Of a stretch of 64,000 nucleotides of DNA, positions 11,638 to 21,866 are shown piece by piece (the stretch's first letter is position 1; every line of letters starts with the position of its first letter). Position numbers and translations under genes: made by a program. The notes below the pieces were generated by a model that saw only the letters and a program-made list of their open reading frames with translations, had not been told where the DNA came from and searched no databases. Source of the stretch: Okamejei kenojei (lineage: Eukaryota); assembly GCA_035221665.1 (NCBI GenBank), contig CM069132.1, forward strand, positions 131,378,001-131,442,000, in the 5' to 3' direction.

Positions 11638-13258
11638 TCAATGGGTCACATAGTCTCCGAAATACTTAGGCAGTCTCACAGCTCGACCTGAGCGAGTTCT
11701 CACTGTTTCGTTTGTGTCAATGCCCTTGTTTTTGTCAGTTCGCTCAGTAGCCGTGTTCTTTTTTCGCATTTGCTCGAGACGCTCATCTCGAATTGGCAAG
11801 TGTGATACCATGTTGACCTCCTCGAATACTTGCTCTCTGCTTGGAGTACCGCTAACTGCATACAACAGTGTATCCGTGAGGTACGTGAACTTCCCCTGAG
11901 AGTAGCTGATGTCAAAATCATAGCTCTGTAGGCGGAGTTCATTCCTTGAAGACGCTTCGGTGCTTTCACTAGTGGCTTCTTTGCTATCATTTCCAGCGGC
12001 TTGTGATCGCTGATCACGCTGGTGAAACGACCAAATGTACACTGATGGAAACCACGGCGAGCATCTCCTTCTCAATCAAGGCATATCGCGATTCAGTGTC
12101 AGTTATTGCTCTGCTTGAATATGCGATGGGACATCCTTTTTGGAGCAAGGCTGCCCCCAGTCCCTTGTTGCTCACGTCACACTGAATCGTCAGCTCCACC
12201 TTGGGATTATAGTACGCTAAGATCGGTGTTTCAGATACCATCTGTCTGATCTTGCACATTGCTTTGTCCTGTTCAGCAGACCACTCCCATGCTATGTCTT
12301 GTTTTGTCGGCTGTCTGATGTGCTCAAGAGTATCAGACAGGCTGGGTAGAAAACAGCTCAGGTAGTTGTCAAATCTAACTAGCCTTTGCACACCCTGTAC
12401 ATCTAAGGGTGCTGGCATATTCACAATATCTGCAACCTTTTGGGGGTCGGGTTGCAGTCCTGTGCCAGTGATCACAAGTCCTAACAAGGATATCTCAGTT
12501 GCTCTGAAGACAGACTTGTCCTTGTTAAGTTTGATGTGTTGCTGTACACATCGCTGAAGCAACTGAGCTTCGAGTTATGGTCGATGACCGCCTCTTCCAT
12601 CGCCTCTCCCTTACCATGAATGAGATGTCGTCGGCAACGCAGATCACTCCAGGTAGTCCTTTGAGCGCTTGGTGTAATCTTCGTTGGAAGATTTCAGACG
12701 ATACACATAAACCAAATGGCAATCGGCGCCACCGATAACGCCCGAAAGGTGTCAGATTGCACGATTTGTTGTCAAGTTTCACCTGCCAGAAGGCTGAGCT
12801 CATGTCTAGCTTACTGAAGATCTTCGCAAGGTCGAGATCTGGCAAGATGTCCGCAATAACTGGGAAAGGATGGCGCACTAGCTTCAGCGCTTCGTTAAGC
12901 GGTCGTGGATTGATGCACACCCGGAGATCGCCATTCTTTTTCTGTCATTTACAGTGATCAAATTCATTCACTGACTAGCTTTGCTTCCTAGCAGTGGTGT
13001 GAAGCCATCACTGGCCACAATGAACTCCACAGAATATTTGTGGTTTGTATTGGGGTTGAGCAGCTTAACCCAGCAAATGCCTTCCGCTTCCATTGTAGTC
13101 TTATTCCACACCATGAGCTTCTTGTGACATGGGGCTAGTGTGTGGTCTACGCCGTGTAAATATCTGCATGGCAAGATGTTCACGCTCGCTCCGCTGTCCA
13201 TTTGGAAGCCGACCTGCCTCCCATTGACAAGCATCGATGCGTAGACATCATCTCTCAC
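11638..13258 (-). pseudogene. Gypsy pol remnant: aspartic protease, reverse transcriptase, RNase H; integrase core missing
   Basis: FQMDSGASVN (protease), FSKLDMSSAFWQ/TPFGRYRWRRLPFG/VADD (RT), IQCDVSNKGLGAALLQ/YALIEKEMLA/SDHKPL (RNase H), C-terminal TRSGRAVRLPKYFGDYV; several frameshifts. Confidence 0.92.
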
Positions 13259-13794
13259 CGCACCGTGTTAATTGTGAGCGTGATACTATCAATGAGCTCA
13301 ATGCTCGTGTCACTTTCGGCCTGGTCGTCTACTTTGTGTACTTTCTTCTTTCTGCACACTTTGGCAAAGTGGTTGCGACTGCCACATGCCCTACACGTCT
13401 GTCCGTAGGCTGGACATTGCTGTTTGTCTATTGCATGCTCCTTGCCACAATACTTGCACGCTTTTGCTTCTTGATTGTGCTTTCCTTGGCTTTTCTTAGG
13501 CTTAGCCCACTTGCTTTGCTTGTGTGGGTATTGCACAGCTGCACCTCTCTTGCCGCTCTGCTGTCTGACTTTGTGGTCTGCAGCAACAGACCTACTACTT
13601 CTGGTGAAAGCTTGGAGATGTGACGCTGCAGTCTCGGCACTTGCAGATGTCGATACATCCGTTGAGAGTGAGCTTCCTTTCCTGCAGCAAACATCTCCTC
13701 GTTTGCGAGTCGCAAATGCCCAACACAATCTTGTCATGGAGCAAGCTGTTCGTTATGCACTGGCAGAAATTACAGGACTTTGCTAGTGTTCTGG

Positions 13795-13912
13795 ACAGAG
13801 GCCCAGGAGCCGTTGGTGAGGGAGGAGCGACGTCCGAGCGGTGAGTGTAAAAACCCAGCGCGGGGCTTTGTTTTTACAGAGGCCCAGCAGCCATTGGTGA
13901 GGGAGGAGCGAC
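13795..13912 (+). promoter_or_regulatory. CR1 5'UTR tandem monomers (putative internal promoter)
   Basis: ACAGAGGCCCAGSAGCCRTTGGTGAGGGAGGAGCGAC repeated at 13795 and 13876; two ATTGG (reverse CCAAT) motifs at 13978 and 14003; promoter function is inferred. Confidence 0.5.
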
Positions 13913-14095
13913 CAAAATCCGTAACGTTCTAAATCTGTAATGTTCCATTCAATTAACTGGGCTTGAGGAAGCCACTGATTGGTGGACTTGAATACGCAGC
14001 TGATTGGCAGTCAGATCCCAGCAGTTTGTAGTGTACCGTACTTTGTATTTTGTATTGTATATTGTATTTTGTGTTGTATCTAGGGTAAGGGAAGT

Positions 14096-15010
14096 ATGAG
14101 TGCCAGGGCAGCTTCTGTTCTGGATGTCAGATGTGGGAGGTAATGGAGTCGGGTAGCCTTCCAGACGTCCACATCTGCGCCAGGTGAGTCGAGATGGGGC
14201 TCCTAAAGGAGTGTGTTGGGAACCTGGAGCAGCAGCTCGATGACCTCCGTCTGGTCAGGGAGAGTGAGGAGGTCATAGAGAGGAGTTACAGGGAGGTAGT
14301 CTCTCCAAAACCACGGAGGCAGACACGTGGGTTACGGTTAGGAGAGGCAAGGGGAAGAGGCGGGCGCTAGAGAGTACACCAATGGCTGTACACCTTGGAA
14401 ATAAGTATTCCTGTTTGAGTGCTGTTTGGGGGGGAAAGCCTACCTGGCCTTCGGTACAGACACCGGCCCTGTTTATCAGAAGGGTAAGGAAAAGAAGAGG
14501 AGGGCATTAGTAATAGGAGACTCTATAGTTAGGGGGTCAGGTTGGCGATTCTGTGGACGCAGTCCGGAGACCCGGATAGTAGTTTGCCTCCCTGGTGCCA
14601 GGGTCCGGGATGTGTCTAAACGTGTCCAAGATATCCTGAAAAGGGAGGGAGAGGAGCCTGAGGTCGTGGTACATATTGGTACCTATGACATAGGTAAAAA
14701 CATAGAAGAGATCCTGAAAGGAAAATTTAGGGAGTTAGGAAGAGAGTTAAGGAAAAGAACCGCAAACATAACAATCCCAGGATTACTTTCTGTGCCACGC
14801 GACAGTGAGCGTAGGAATGGAGCAAGGTGGAGGATAAATGCCTGGCTGAAGGACTGGTGCAGAGGACAGGGATTCAAGTTTCTGGATCAATGGAACCTCT
14901 TTTGGGGAAGGAGTGACCTGTATAAAAAGGACGGGTTGCACTTGAACCCGAGGGGGACCAGTATCCTGGCAGGGAAATTTGCAAAGGCTACCGGGGGGAC
15001 TTTAAACTAG
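14096..15010 (+). pseudogene. CR1 ORF1: N-terminal Cys motif/coiled coil plus SGNH/GDSL esterase domain, disrupted
   Basis: ATG at 14096, CSGCQMW..HICAR; esterase blocks VIGDSIVRG, CLPGA, VHIGTYD, KDGLHLN in the 14426-15010 ORF. Confidence 0.85.
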
Positions 15011-15219
15011 AACGGTTGGGGGGAGGGACTCAAATAGAGAAAGCCAGTAGACAGGGTCTGAGGCAGGAGGCAGAGAAGGGAAGCACTCAGACCCAACATG
15101 TAGGGGGGAAAGAAGAAGAAAATAATAAACAGAGAATAAGAGGTGGTGGGTTTCCAGGGCAAAAATCAAAAGGGGCCACTTGTCAACATAATTGTATAAG
15201 GAGTAAGAGTGTTGTAAAA

Positions 15220-16612
15220 ACAAGCCTGAAGGCTTTGTGTCTCAATGCAAGGAGCATTCGTAATAAGGTGGACAAGCTGAATGTGCAGATAGCTATTAAT
15301 AACTATGCTATAGTTGGGATCACGGAGACGTGGCTCCAGGGGGACCAAGGCTTGGAGCTGAACATCCAGGGATATTCAATATTCAGGAGGGATAGACAGA
15401 AATGAAAGGGAGGTGGGGTAGCGTTGCTGGTGAGAGAGGAGATTAATGCAAAAGAAAGGAAGGACATTAGCTTGGAGGATGTGGAATCGATATGGGTAGA
15501 GCTGCGAAACTCCAAGGGGCAGAAAACGCTAGTGGGAGTTGTGTACAGGCCACCTAACAGTAGTAGTGGAGTTGGGGATGGCATCAAACAGGGTATTAGA
15601 AATGCGTGCAACAAGGGTAAAACAGTTAGAATGGGTGACTTCAATCTACATTGGGGGTTCAGTATTGATGTGGATAGAGAACTGGCTGGCAGGCAGAAAG
15701 CAAAGTGTAGGAGTAAACGGGTCCCAGCTAGTTACAATATATATTAATGATTTGGACGAGGGAATTGAATGCAACATCTCCAAGTTTGCGGATGACACAA
15801 AGCTGGGGGGGAGTGTTAGCTGTGAGGAGGATGCTAGGAGGCTGCAAGGTGACATGGATAGGCTGGGTGACTGGGCAAATGCATGGCAGATGCAGTATAA
15901 TGTGGATAAATGTGAGGTTATCCACTTTGGTGGCAAAAACAGGAGGGTAGACTATTATCTGAATGGTGGCAAATTAGGAAAAGGGGAGATGCAACGAGAC
16001 CTGGGTGTCATGGTACACCAATCATTGAAAGTAGGCATGCAGGTGCAGCAGGCAGTGAAGAAAGCAAATGGTATGTTAGCATTCATAGCAAAAGGATTTG
16101 AGTATAGGAGCAGGGAGGTTCTACTGCAGTTGTACAGGGTTTTGGTGAGACCACACCTGGAGTATTGCGTACAGTTTTGGTCTACAAATCTGAGGAAAGA
16201 CATTCTTGCCATAGAGGGGGTACAGAGAAGGTTCACCAGACTGATTCCTGGGATGTCTGGACTTTCATACGAGGAAAGACTGGAGAGACGTGGCTTGTAC
16301 TCGCTAGAATTTAGAAGACTGAGGGGGGATCTTATAGAAACGTACAAAATTCTTAAGGGGTTGTATAGGCTAGATGCAGGAAGATTGATCCCGATGTGGG
16401 GAGGTCCAGAACAAGGGGTCACAGTCTAAGGAATTCCTTTAGGACTGAGATGAGGAAAACATTTTTCACACAGAGAGTGGTGAGTCTCTGGAATTCTCTG
16501 CCACAGAAGGTAGTTGAGGCCAGTTCATTGGCTATATTTAAGAGGAGTTAGATGTGGCCCTTGTGGCTAAAGGGATCAGGGGGTATGGAGAGAATGCAGG
16601 TAAGGGATACTG
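15220..16612 (+). pseudogene. CR1 ORF2 remnant (APE endonuclease N-part fused to RT C-part)
   Basis: LNARSI/GITETW/VYRPP/GDFN endonuclease motifs directly followed by VLMWIENWL..YINDLD..KFADDTK..RPHLEYC; the middle of ORF2 is absent compared with the copy at 55424-58165. Confidence 0.9.
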
Positions 16613-16905
16613 AATTGGATGATCAGCCATGATCATATTGAATGGCGGTGCAGGCTCGAAGGGCCAAAGGGCAAAATGGCCTGCACCTATTTTCTATGTT
16701 TCTCTATGTTTCTATGTTCTCAGACTAGCAAGAAACGATTCAAAGTTTTCACCTGCTTCTTGTTGTCTCTTGTTGAAGAGCTATCACTCATACGTTTCAT
16801 TCTTCTCGCCCATGGTGTAGCTCTCGAACGTGCGAATGATCTCGGCCAGTTCTTGGTTCTCCTCGTCATTGGCGAACACAAAACTGTCGTAAATCTCCAG
16901 TCCGG

Positions 16906-17397
16906 ATAACCATATAACCATATAACAATTACAGCACGGAGACAGGCCCTCTCGGCTCTTCCAGTCCGTGCCGACCATTTGTTTTCCCCTAGTCCCATCT
17001 ACCTGCACTCAGACCATACCCCTCCATTCCCTTCCCGTCCATATGCCTATCCACTTTACTTTTAAATGTTAAAATCGATCCTGCCTCCACCACCTCTGCT
17101 GGAAGCTCATTCCACACAGCCACCACCCTCTGAGTAAAGAAGTTCCCCCTCACGTTACCCCTAAACTTCTGTCCCTTAATTCTCATGTCATGCCCTCTTG
17201 TTTGAATCTTCCCTACCCTTAATGGGAAAAGCTTATCCACGTCAACTCTATCTATCCCTTTCATCATTTTAAAGACCTCAATCAAGTCCCCCCTTAACCT
17301 TCTGCGCTCCAAAGAATAAAGACCTAACTTGTTCAACCTTTCTCTGTAACATAGTTGCTGGAACCCTGGCAACATTCTAGTAAATCTCCTCTGTACT
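16906..17397 (-). mobile_element. CR1 family B, 5'-truncated young copy inside Gypsy gag
   Basis: Open ORF2 C-terminus (MLPGFQQLCYRERL..SAGRWD), 3'UTR and (GGTTATAT)n tail; near-identical to 62760-63240. Confidence 0.93.
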
Positions 17398-17834
17398 AAT
17401 GTGCCAATTGTATGGAGAAACTATGCCGTCTGGTATGCTGGTGTTTGCCTGTCTAGCTGTGCGACCACGCTGTAGTTTGCCCACATCCAACGCCATGTTT
17501 TCCAACCTTCAGTCACTCCACGGTTGACGGTTAATGGGGTCGGTGGCCGTATACCTCTCACGGGAGGCAACCGGCAGCATGCTGTGGAGTGCTACCGGTG
17601 GCCGTCTGCGAAGGCCACTGGTCGCCCGTCTCCTCGTCCGCACGCGACTCGGCTTGCTGGTCTGCTCCACCCTTTGGGTCGCCTTGTCGTTTTCCGGCAG
17701 TTTTAATATTTTCTGTGCCTTAAATGCTGCTCACTCACCAATCCTACGGTGCTTGACAGTTGCACTAGTCCTTAGCTGCTACCTGTTCCAGCCGGGAGCT
17801 TCAGGTTGAGGCAGAAAAATATTTCCTTAAGGCA

Positions 17835-17849
17835 CCACCGCTGCCACCA
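17835..17849 (-). other. Primer-binding site complementary to the tRNA-Leu 3' end
   Basis: Minus strand TGGTGGCAGCGGTGG immediately after the 5' LTR; plus strand CCACCGCTGCCA+CCA equals the 3' end of vertebrate tRNA-Leu(AAG/TAG) as I recall it. Confidence 0.85.
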
Positions 17850-17959
17850 TGTTCAAGCACAAGCTTTTCCAGTAAGTAAAACTCCTACGCATGCCTGGAA
17901 CCGCTGCACATTCGTGGACTTTATTAAGTCGTTAAAGGCACATTATACTTATCATAACA
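17850..17959 (-). repeat. 5' LTR of the Gypsy element (110 bp)
   Basis: TGTTCAAGC...CATAACA, direct repeat of 11340-11446. Confidence 0.92.
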
Positions 17960-18169
17960 ATGTGAACCAACTTGAACTAGCCCAATTTGTCTGCATTTGG
18001 CCCATAGCCCTCTGAACTGTTCCGATCCATATACCTGCCGAAGATTATAACCATTTCTTTAATGTTGCAATCAATTTGCAACCACATTTATTACCTCCCC
18101 CTTTCCATATCTTTCAACAATTCATTCAACCGAGGTAGTCCACAAAAAGCAAAATATATCTTGTACCCT

Positions 18170-18685
18170 TCAAAGGTCTTTTATTGTCACATGTACCAAT
18201 TAAGGTACTGTGATATTCGTATTACCATGCAGCCATACTGAAAAAAAGCAACAAGACACACAGCTACATAAACGTTAACATCAATGTCCACCACAGCGGA
18301 TTCTCCACATTCCTCACTGTGATTGAAGAAAATAAAATCTAATCTTCCCTCGTTTTCTCCCGCGGTCGACGCAGTCGAACCATCTGTTGGGGCAATTGAA
18401 GCTCCCGCGTCAGGGCGATCTAAGCTCCTGCGGCTTGGAGCTCCTGAAGTCAGTCTCCAGCAGAGGCCTCCAAATCCTCGATGTTAGACCGCAGTGCGGA
18501 CCAAGATACGATATGGGAAAAAAATTGCATCTCCGTCAAGGTAAGAGATTTTACAAAGTTTCCCCCAACCCTTCCCCAACATAAAACAAGCTGACGAACA
18601 CTAAAAACATACATTTAATACATACTAAAAAGCAGAAAAGGAAGGGACAGAGACTGTTGGCGAGGCAAACACTGCGATCCATCTT
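18170..18685 (-). mobile_element. Probable non-autonomous retroelement with a Rex1/Babar-type 3' end
   Basis: Minus strand ends GTACATGTGACAATAAAAG like the LINE 3' ends at ~29160 and ~39760; CpG-rich non-coding body; no tRNA head. Confidence 0.5.
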
Positions 18686-19286
18686 TAAACCAGTTCCAGT
18701 TTGACTGTTTGATACTGTGGCTCTCCCAAGGGTTTATAAGCTTATCACTGCTGCATTATACTCTTAAATTATCCCTTGCTTCTGACAAAACAATTGGCAC
18801 CACGGTTTGATTAAACCTGTGCCTGAGAAATACAATTCATTCCTGAAGAATGCAGGTGGTTTTGCAAAATTCATGAAAATGATCCAGGGTATTTTCTGCA
18901 AGGGTTCTCAAATAATGGCAGTGCACACTGTTAATTCAGAGGAACCAAATTAATCAGGAGATAACTACATTCCATGCTTGTGCTGAGACTCAAGCCGATA
19001 GATTTCAGCATCTAAGACCTAGCCATTGCACAGTTTTTCCTGTGCATGTGCACAGTCTTTGTGGGATCTGCATTGTTTCACCGGCATTTCTCCTCACAAA
19101 CCTGTCCAGTCAAGAATCCAACAAGCTTTACAAAACCTTCCAGAGGGAATCAAGTGAATGTGAAAAGGACCAATCAGGATGAAAGTTAATGTGGACAAAA
19201 TGCTCAAAAATGAAAGGGTCTCAAAGAAGTATTTTTTCTTAAACCAAAAACACTACTAATATAAAGTATTCTGAAAATATCTAATT

Positions 19287-19365
19287 AGTCTGAAGAAGGG
19301 TCTCGACCTGAAACATCACCAATTCCTTCTCGCCAGAGATGCTGCCTGTCCTGCTGAGTTACTCA
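19287..19365 (+). mobile_element. Penelope-like terminal repeat with intact minimal hammerhead core
   Basis: AGT-CTGAAGA-AGGGTCTCGACCT-GAAA-CATC-ACC at 19287-19320. Confidence 0.7.
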
Positions 19366-19420
19366 TTCTTTAGTCTCACAATGGTTTCACAATTGTCTTC
19401 CTCTACACACGGCTGACCAA

Positions 19421-19736
19421 TGACCCTGTCCCACTGTATGAGTTCATTCAAGTGCTCTCCTGAGTTAAAAAAAAAATCTAACTCGTGGTAAGCACATAGA
19501 ATGAACGTAGCGGGTACATCGGAGCTCGGGGATGTCTCTTCGCAGCTCGTAACGCTAACGGCAGGTACTCGGGAAACGCGGTAAGCGCAGGCAGACTCAT
19601 GAAGATTTTTCAACGTTGAAAAATGTCCACGAGAACCCCAAGTACCTGCGAGCGGCCATTACCGTAGATCTCTAAGTTCGAATCAGGGCAAACTCTGGAG
19701 AACTCTTTGAATGAATTCGTACAGTGGGACAGGGCT
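19421..19736. mobile_element. MITE (PIF/Harbinger-like)
   Basis: TIR CCCTGTCCCACTGTATGAGTTCATTCAAG ... TTTGAATGAATTCGTACAGTGGGACAGGG, ~315 bp. Confidence 0.8.
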
Positions 19737-20439
19737 TTTGGTCCTGAATCTCTCACAAAAGATCAGCAATGGTTAGAGGATGTTTTTAAGGTGAGGACAT
19801 TAAATTGGTCCCTCTGGAATTTATTAAAATGTAATTAGAATTAGAATTTTTTCATTTGTTACTGATAATAACCAAACTCTTTCTGTTGCTGCCCTTACCC
19901 ATCTAAAGATCTATTTAAATGCATATTTTCAAAATATTTTATATTAATTATGTTTTTGGTTTAAGAATACTTTAAAATTATTGGTAGACTAATGCTTACA
20001 TTTGTTTGTAGTCATCTAATAGAATGCATTTGTCTATAAAATGCTTAGGTAGCTTAAGTTGGGGTGTTGGAAGCTGGATTGGTAAGAAATCATGAAAGCC
20101 ATCAATGGCTTGAGCATTCAGGTGGAGTTAATTGTCATTAACAATTAAGGTGCACATTATTATGGAAATTAACAGTTGATTTGTTTCACCAATGATTTTT
20201 ATTATGTTAAATATCTGATTTTGATAAATGGCAATAATAAATGACGGAAAAAAATGTAAACTGAACCAAAATCAAAATCAAACTAATAGCCCTAATTGGA
20301 ACTCTTTGCAATTTTGTTCCCATTTGTTACTACATTCAATGTTTGTAAACTAATTTAGGCTTCGCCACTATCAAAACACAGGGCCAAATCTATACCTGTT
20401 CCTATAACAAAGCGTAAAAAACTGAAACCTCTAAAGTGT

Positions 20440-20585
20440 GGCACAAGAGTGGGGCCGGCACGGAAGAATGCAGCACAAGAACACAATATGTGCCAAACAT
20501 GATGCCAAGACCAACTCCTATCTGTCTGCACATGATCCACATCCGTCCTTTCTCTGCATATCCTTATGCCCATCTGAAAGTCTCT
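20440..20585 (-). mobile_element. Old CR1-type 3' end fragment
   Basis: GTGCCAAACATGATGCCAAGACC..CTGCACATGATCCACATC..TTCTCTGCATATCC; related pieces at 28080-28200 and 59990-60090. Confidence 0.5.
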
Positions 20586-20619
20586 TCATTCTCCTTAAAT
20601 CTCCTAATTCTCTTAATTC

Positions 20620-20755
20620 TTCAGACCCGAAAGGGTCTCGACCTAAAACGTTACCCATTCCTTCTCTCCAGATATGCTGCCTGTTCTGCTGAGTTACTCC
20701 AGCATTTTGTGTCTATCTTCAGTGTAAACCAGCATCTGCAGTTCCTTCCCACACA
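20620..20755 (+). mobile_element. Penelope-like terminal repeat
   Basis: AAGGGTCTCGACCTAAAACGTTACCCATTCC..GCTGAGTTACTCCAGC..CCAGCATCTGCAGTTCCTTCC. Confidence 0.75.
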
Positions 20756-20898
20756 AGAATGAGGAAGGTACAATCTAAAACATCACAAGAGCATGATCAG
20801 ATAATCCCCAAGAAGATATTTACAGAAGGCGGCCTGATATAAATTCACAGATCATTGACTTGCTCAACATGACAGAAACAAAATCAATGCAGCCTTAA

Positions 20899-21206
20899 TG
20901 GGCCTGACCCACTTACGCGACTTTTCCGGCGACTGCGTCATAGGTCGTTACGGGTCGCTGAAAATTTTCAACATGTTGAATATCCAGCGGCGACCAGAAC
21001 AAGGTACGAATCTTTGGGAAACTACTCATGACCATGCAGGCTTCATCCCGCAACATGTCGCCTGTATGGTCGTGAGTAGTCGCCTCAGTCGCCCAAAGTC
21101 ATAGTGTGTTTCTGGTCGCTGCATGTTGACAATTTTTGCCGACCTGCCACGACCTATGACGGGTGCCAGAAGTCGCCGAAAAAACTGCGTAAGTGGGACA
21201 GGCCCA
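20899..21206. mobile_element. MITE (PIF/Harbinger-like)
   Basis: ~35-bp TIRs TGGGCCTGACCCACTTACGCGACTTTTCCGGCGACT / AGTCGCCGAAAAAACTGCGTAAGTGGGACAGGCCCA; flanked by TAA and AAA (possible degenerate 3-bp TSD). Confidence 0.85.
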
Positions 21207-21577
21207 AAAGGCCAACTATCCTCTCTCAACCCACTGTACCATTAATAAATGCTAATTGAGCTCCAGGCAGCTTCAAACCAGTGGCAAATTTTCAACTTCC
21301 TGCAGTCATGTATTCGGCAAGCACTTATTTATACTATTTGTAATTTGGTCTTCTCGCTGATTTCAGTGACATTTGAGAAAGAGTCAAGAATTTTCCTAAA
21401 ATGGCATTGTGATAATTGCACAGCACAGTACAGTTCTAGCTGAATTACAGTTGGAGCCAGTGGAAACCTACATTGTGATTGCCCAGGAAGGTAATGAGAA
21501 CAAACACCAGAGCTAATACTGATTATTATTCTTCATATATTTTCTCCAGTTCTGTTTTCATTCAGTGAGTTAGGAGA

Positions 21578-21866
21578 ATGCATACCTCCAGATTCAGGAA
21601 CAGTTTCTTCCCAGCTGTTATCAGGCAACTGAACCATCCTACCAACAACTAGAGAGCGGTCCTGAGCTACCATCTACCTCAGTGGAGACCCTGACTATCT
21701 TCGAACAGACTTTAGTTGACTTTGTTTTGCACTAAACGTTATTCCCTTTGTCATGTATCTGTACTCTGTGGAAAGTTCAATTGTAATCTTCCACTAACTG
21801 GTTGGTACGCAACAAAAGCTTTTCACTGCATCTCGGTACGCGTGATAAATAAATAAACTCAACTCA
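21578..21866 (+). mobile_element. Rex1/Babar-like LINE 3' fragment
   Basis: CCTCCAGATTCAGGAACAGTTTCTTCCCAGCTGTTATCAGG (RFRNSFFPAVIR) then 3'UTR ending AAAGCTTTTCACTG..TGATAAATAAA; related to 28940-29175, 29970-30300, 36600-36985. Confidence 0.7.

Larger units (their letters stand above)
13793..16714 (+). mobile_element. CR1 LINE family A, 5'-complete but internally deleted
   Basis: Flanked by TGTTCT (13787-13792 and 16715-16720); GC-rich 5'UTR, ORF1, endonuclease, partial RT, 3'UTR and (TTCTATGT)n tail. Confidence 0.93.
13255..17520 (-). pseudogene. Gypsy gag remnant in three pieces (~17398-17520, 16721-16906, 13255-13792)
   Basis: Joined pieces read ..WANYSVVAQLD..FLHTIG|SGLEIYDSFVF..KNETYE..FNKRQQEAGENFESFLASLR|TLAKSCNF..DKIVLGIRD.., with CCHC knuckle CRACGSRNHFAKVC. 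Confidence 0.85.
11340..17959 (-). mobile_element. Ty3/Gypsy LTR retrotransposon, decayed, with two nested CR1 insertions
   Basis: Two direct ~110-bp LTRs (TGTT..AACA), PBS next to the right LTR, PPT next to the left LTR, and gag-PR-RT-RNase H remnants in order on the minus strand. Confidence 0.93.

Noticed and set aside
14426-15010. Stand-alone host GDSL/SGNH lipase gene
   Set aside because: It lies between the CR1 5'UTR and endonuclease inside one TSD-bounded element; esterase domains are a known feature of CR1-group ORF1
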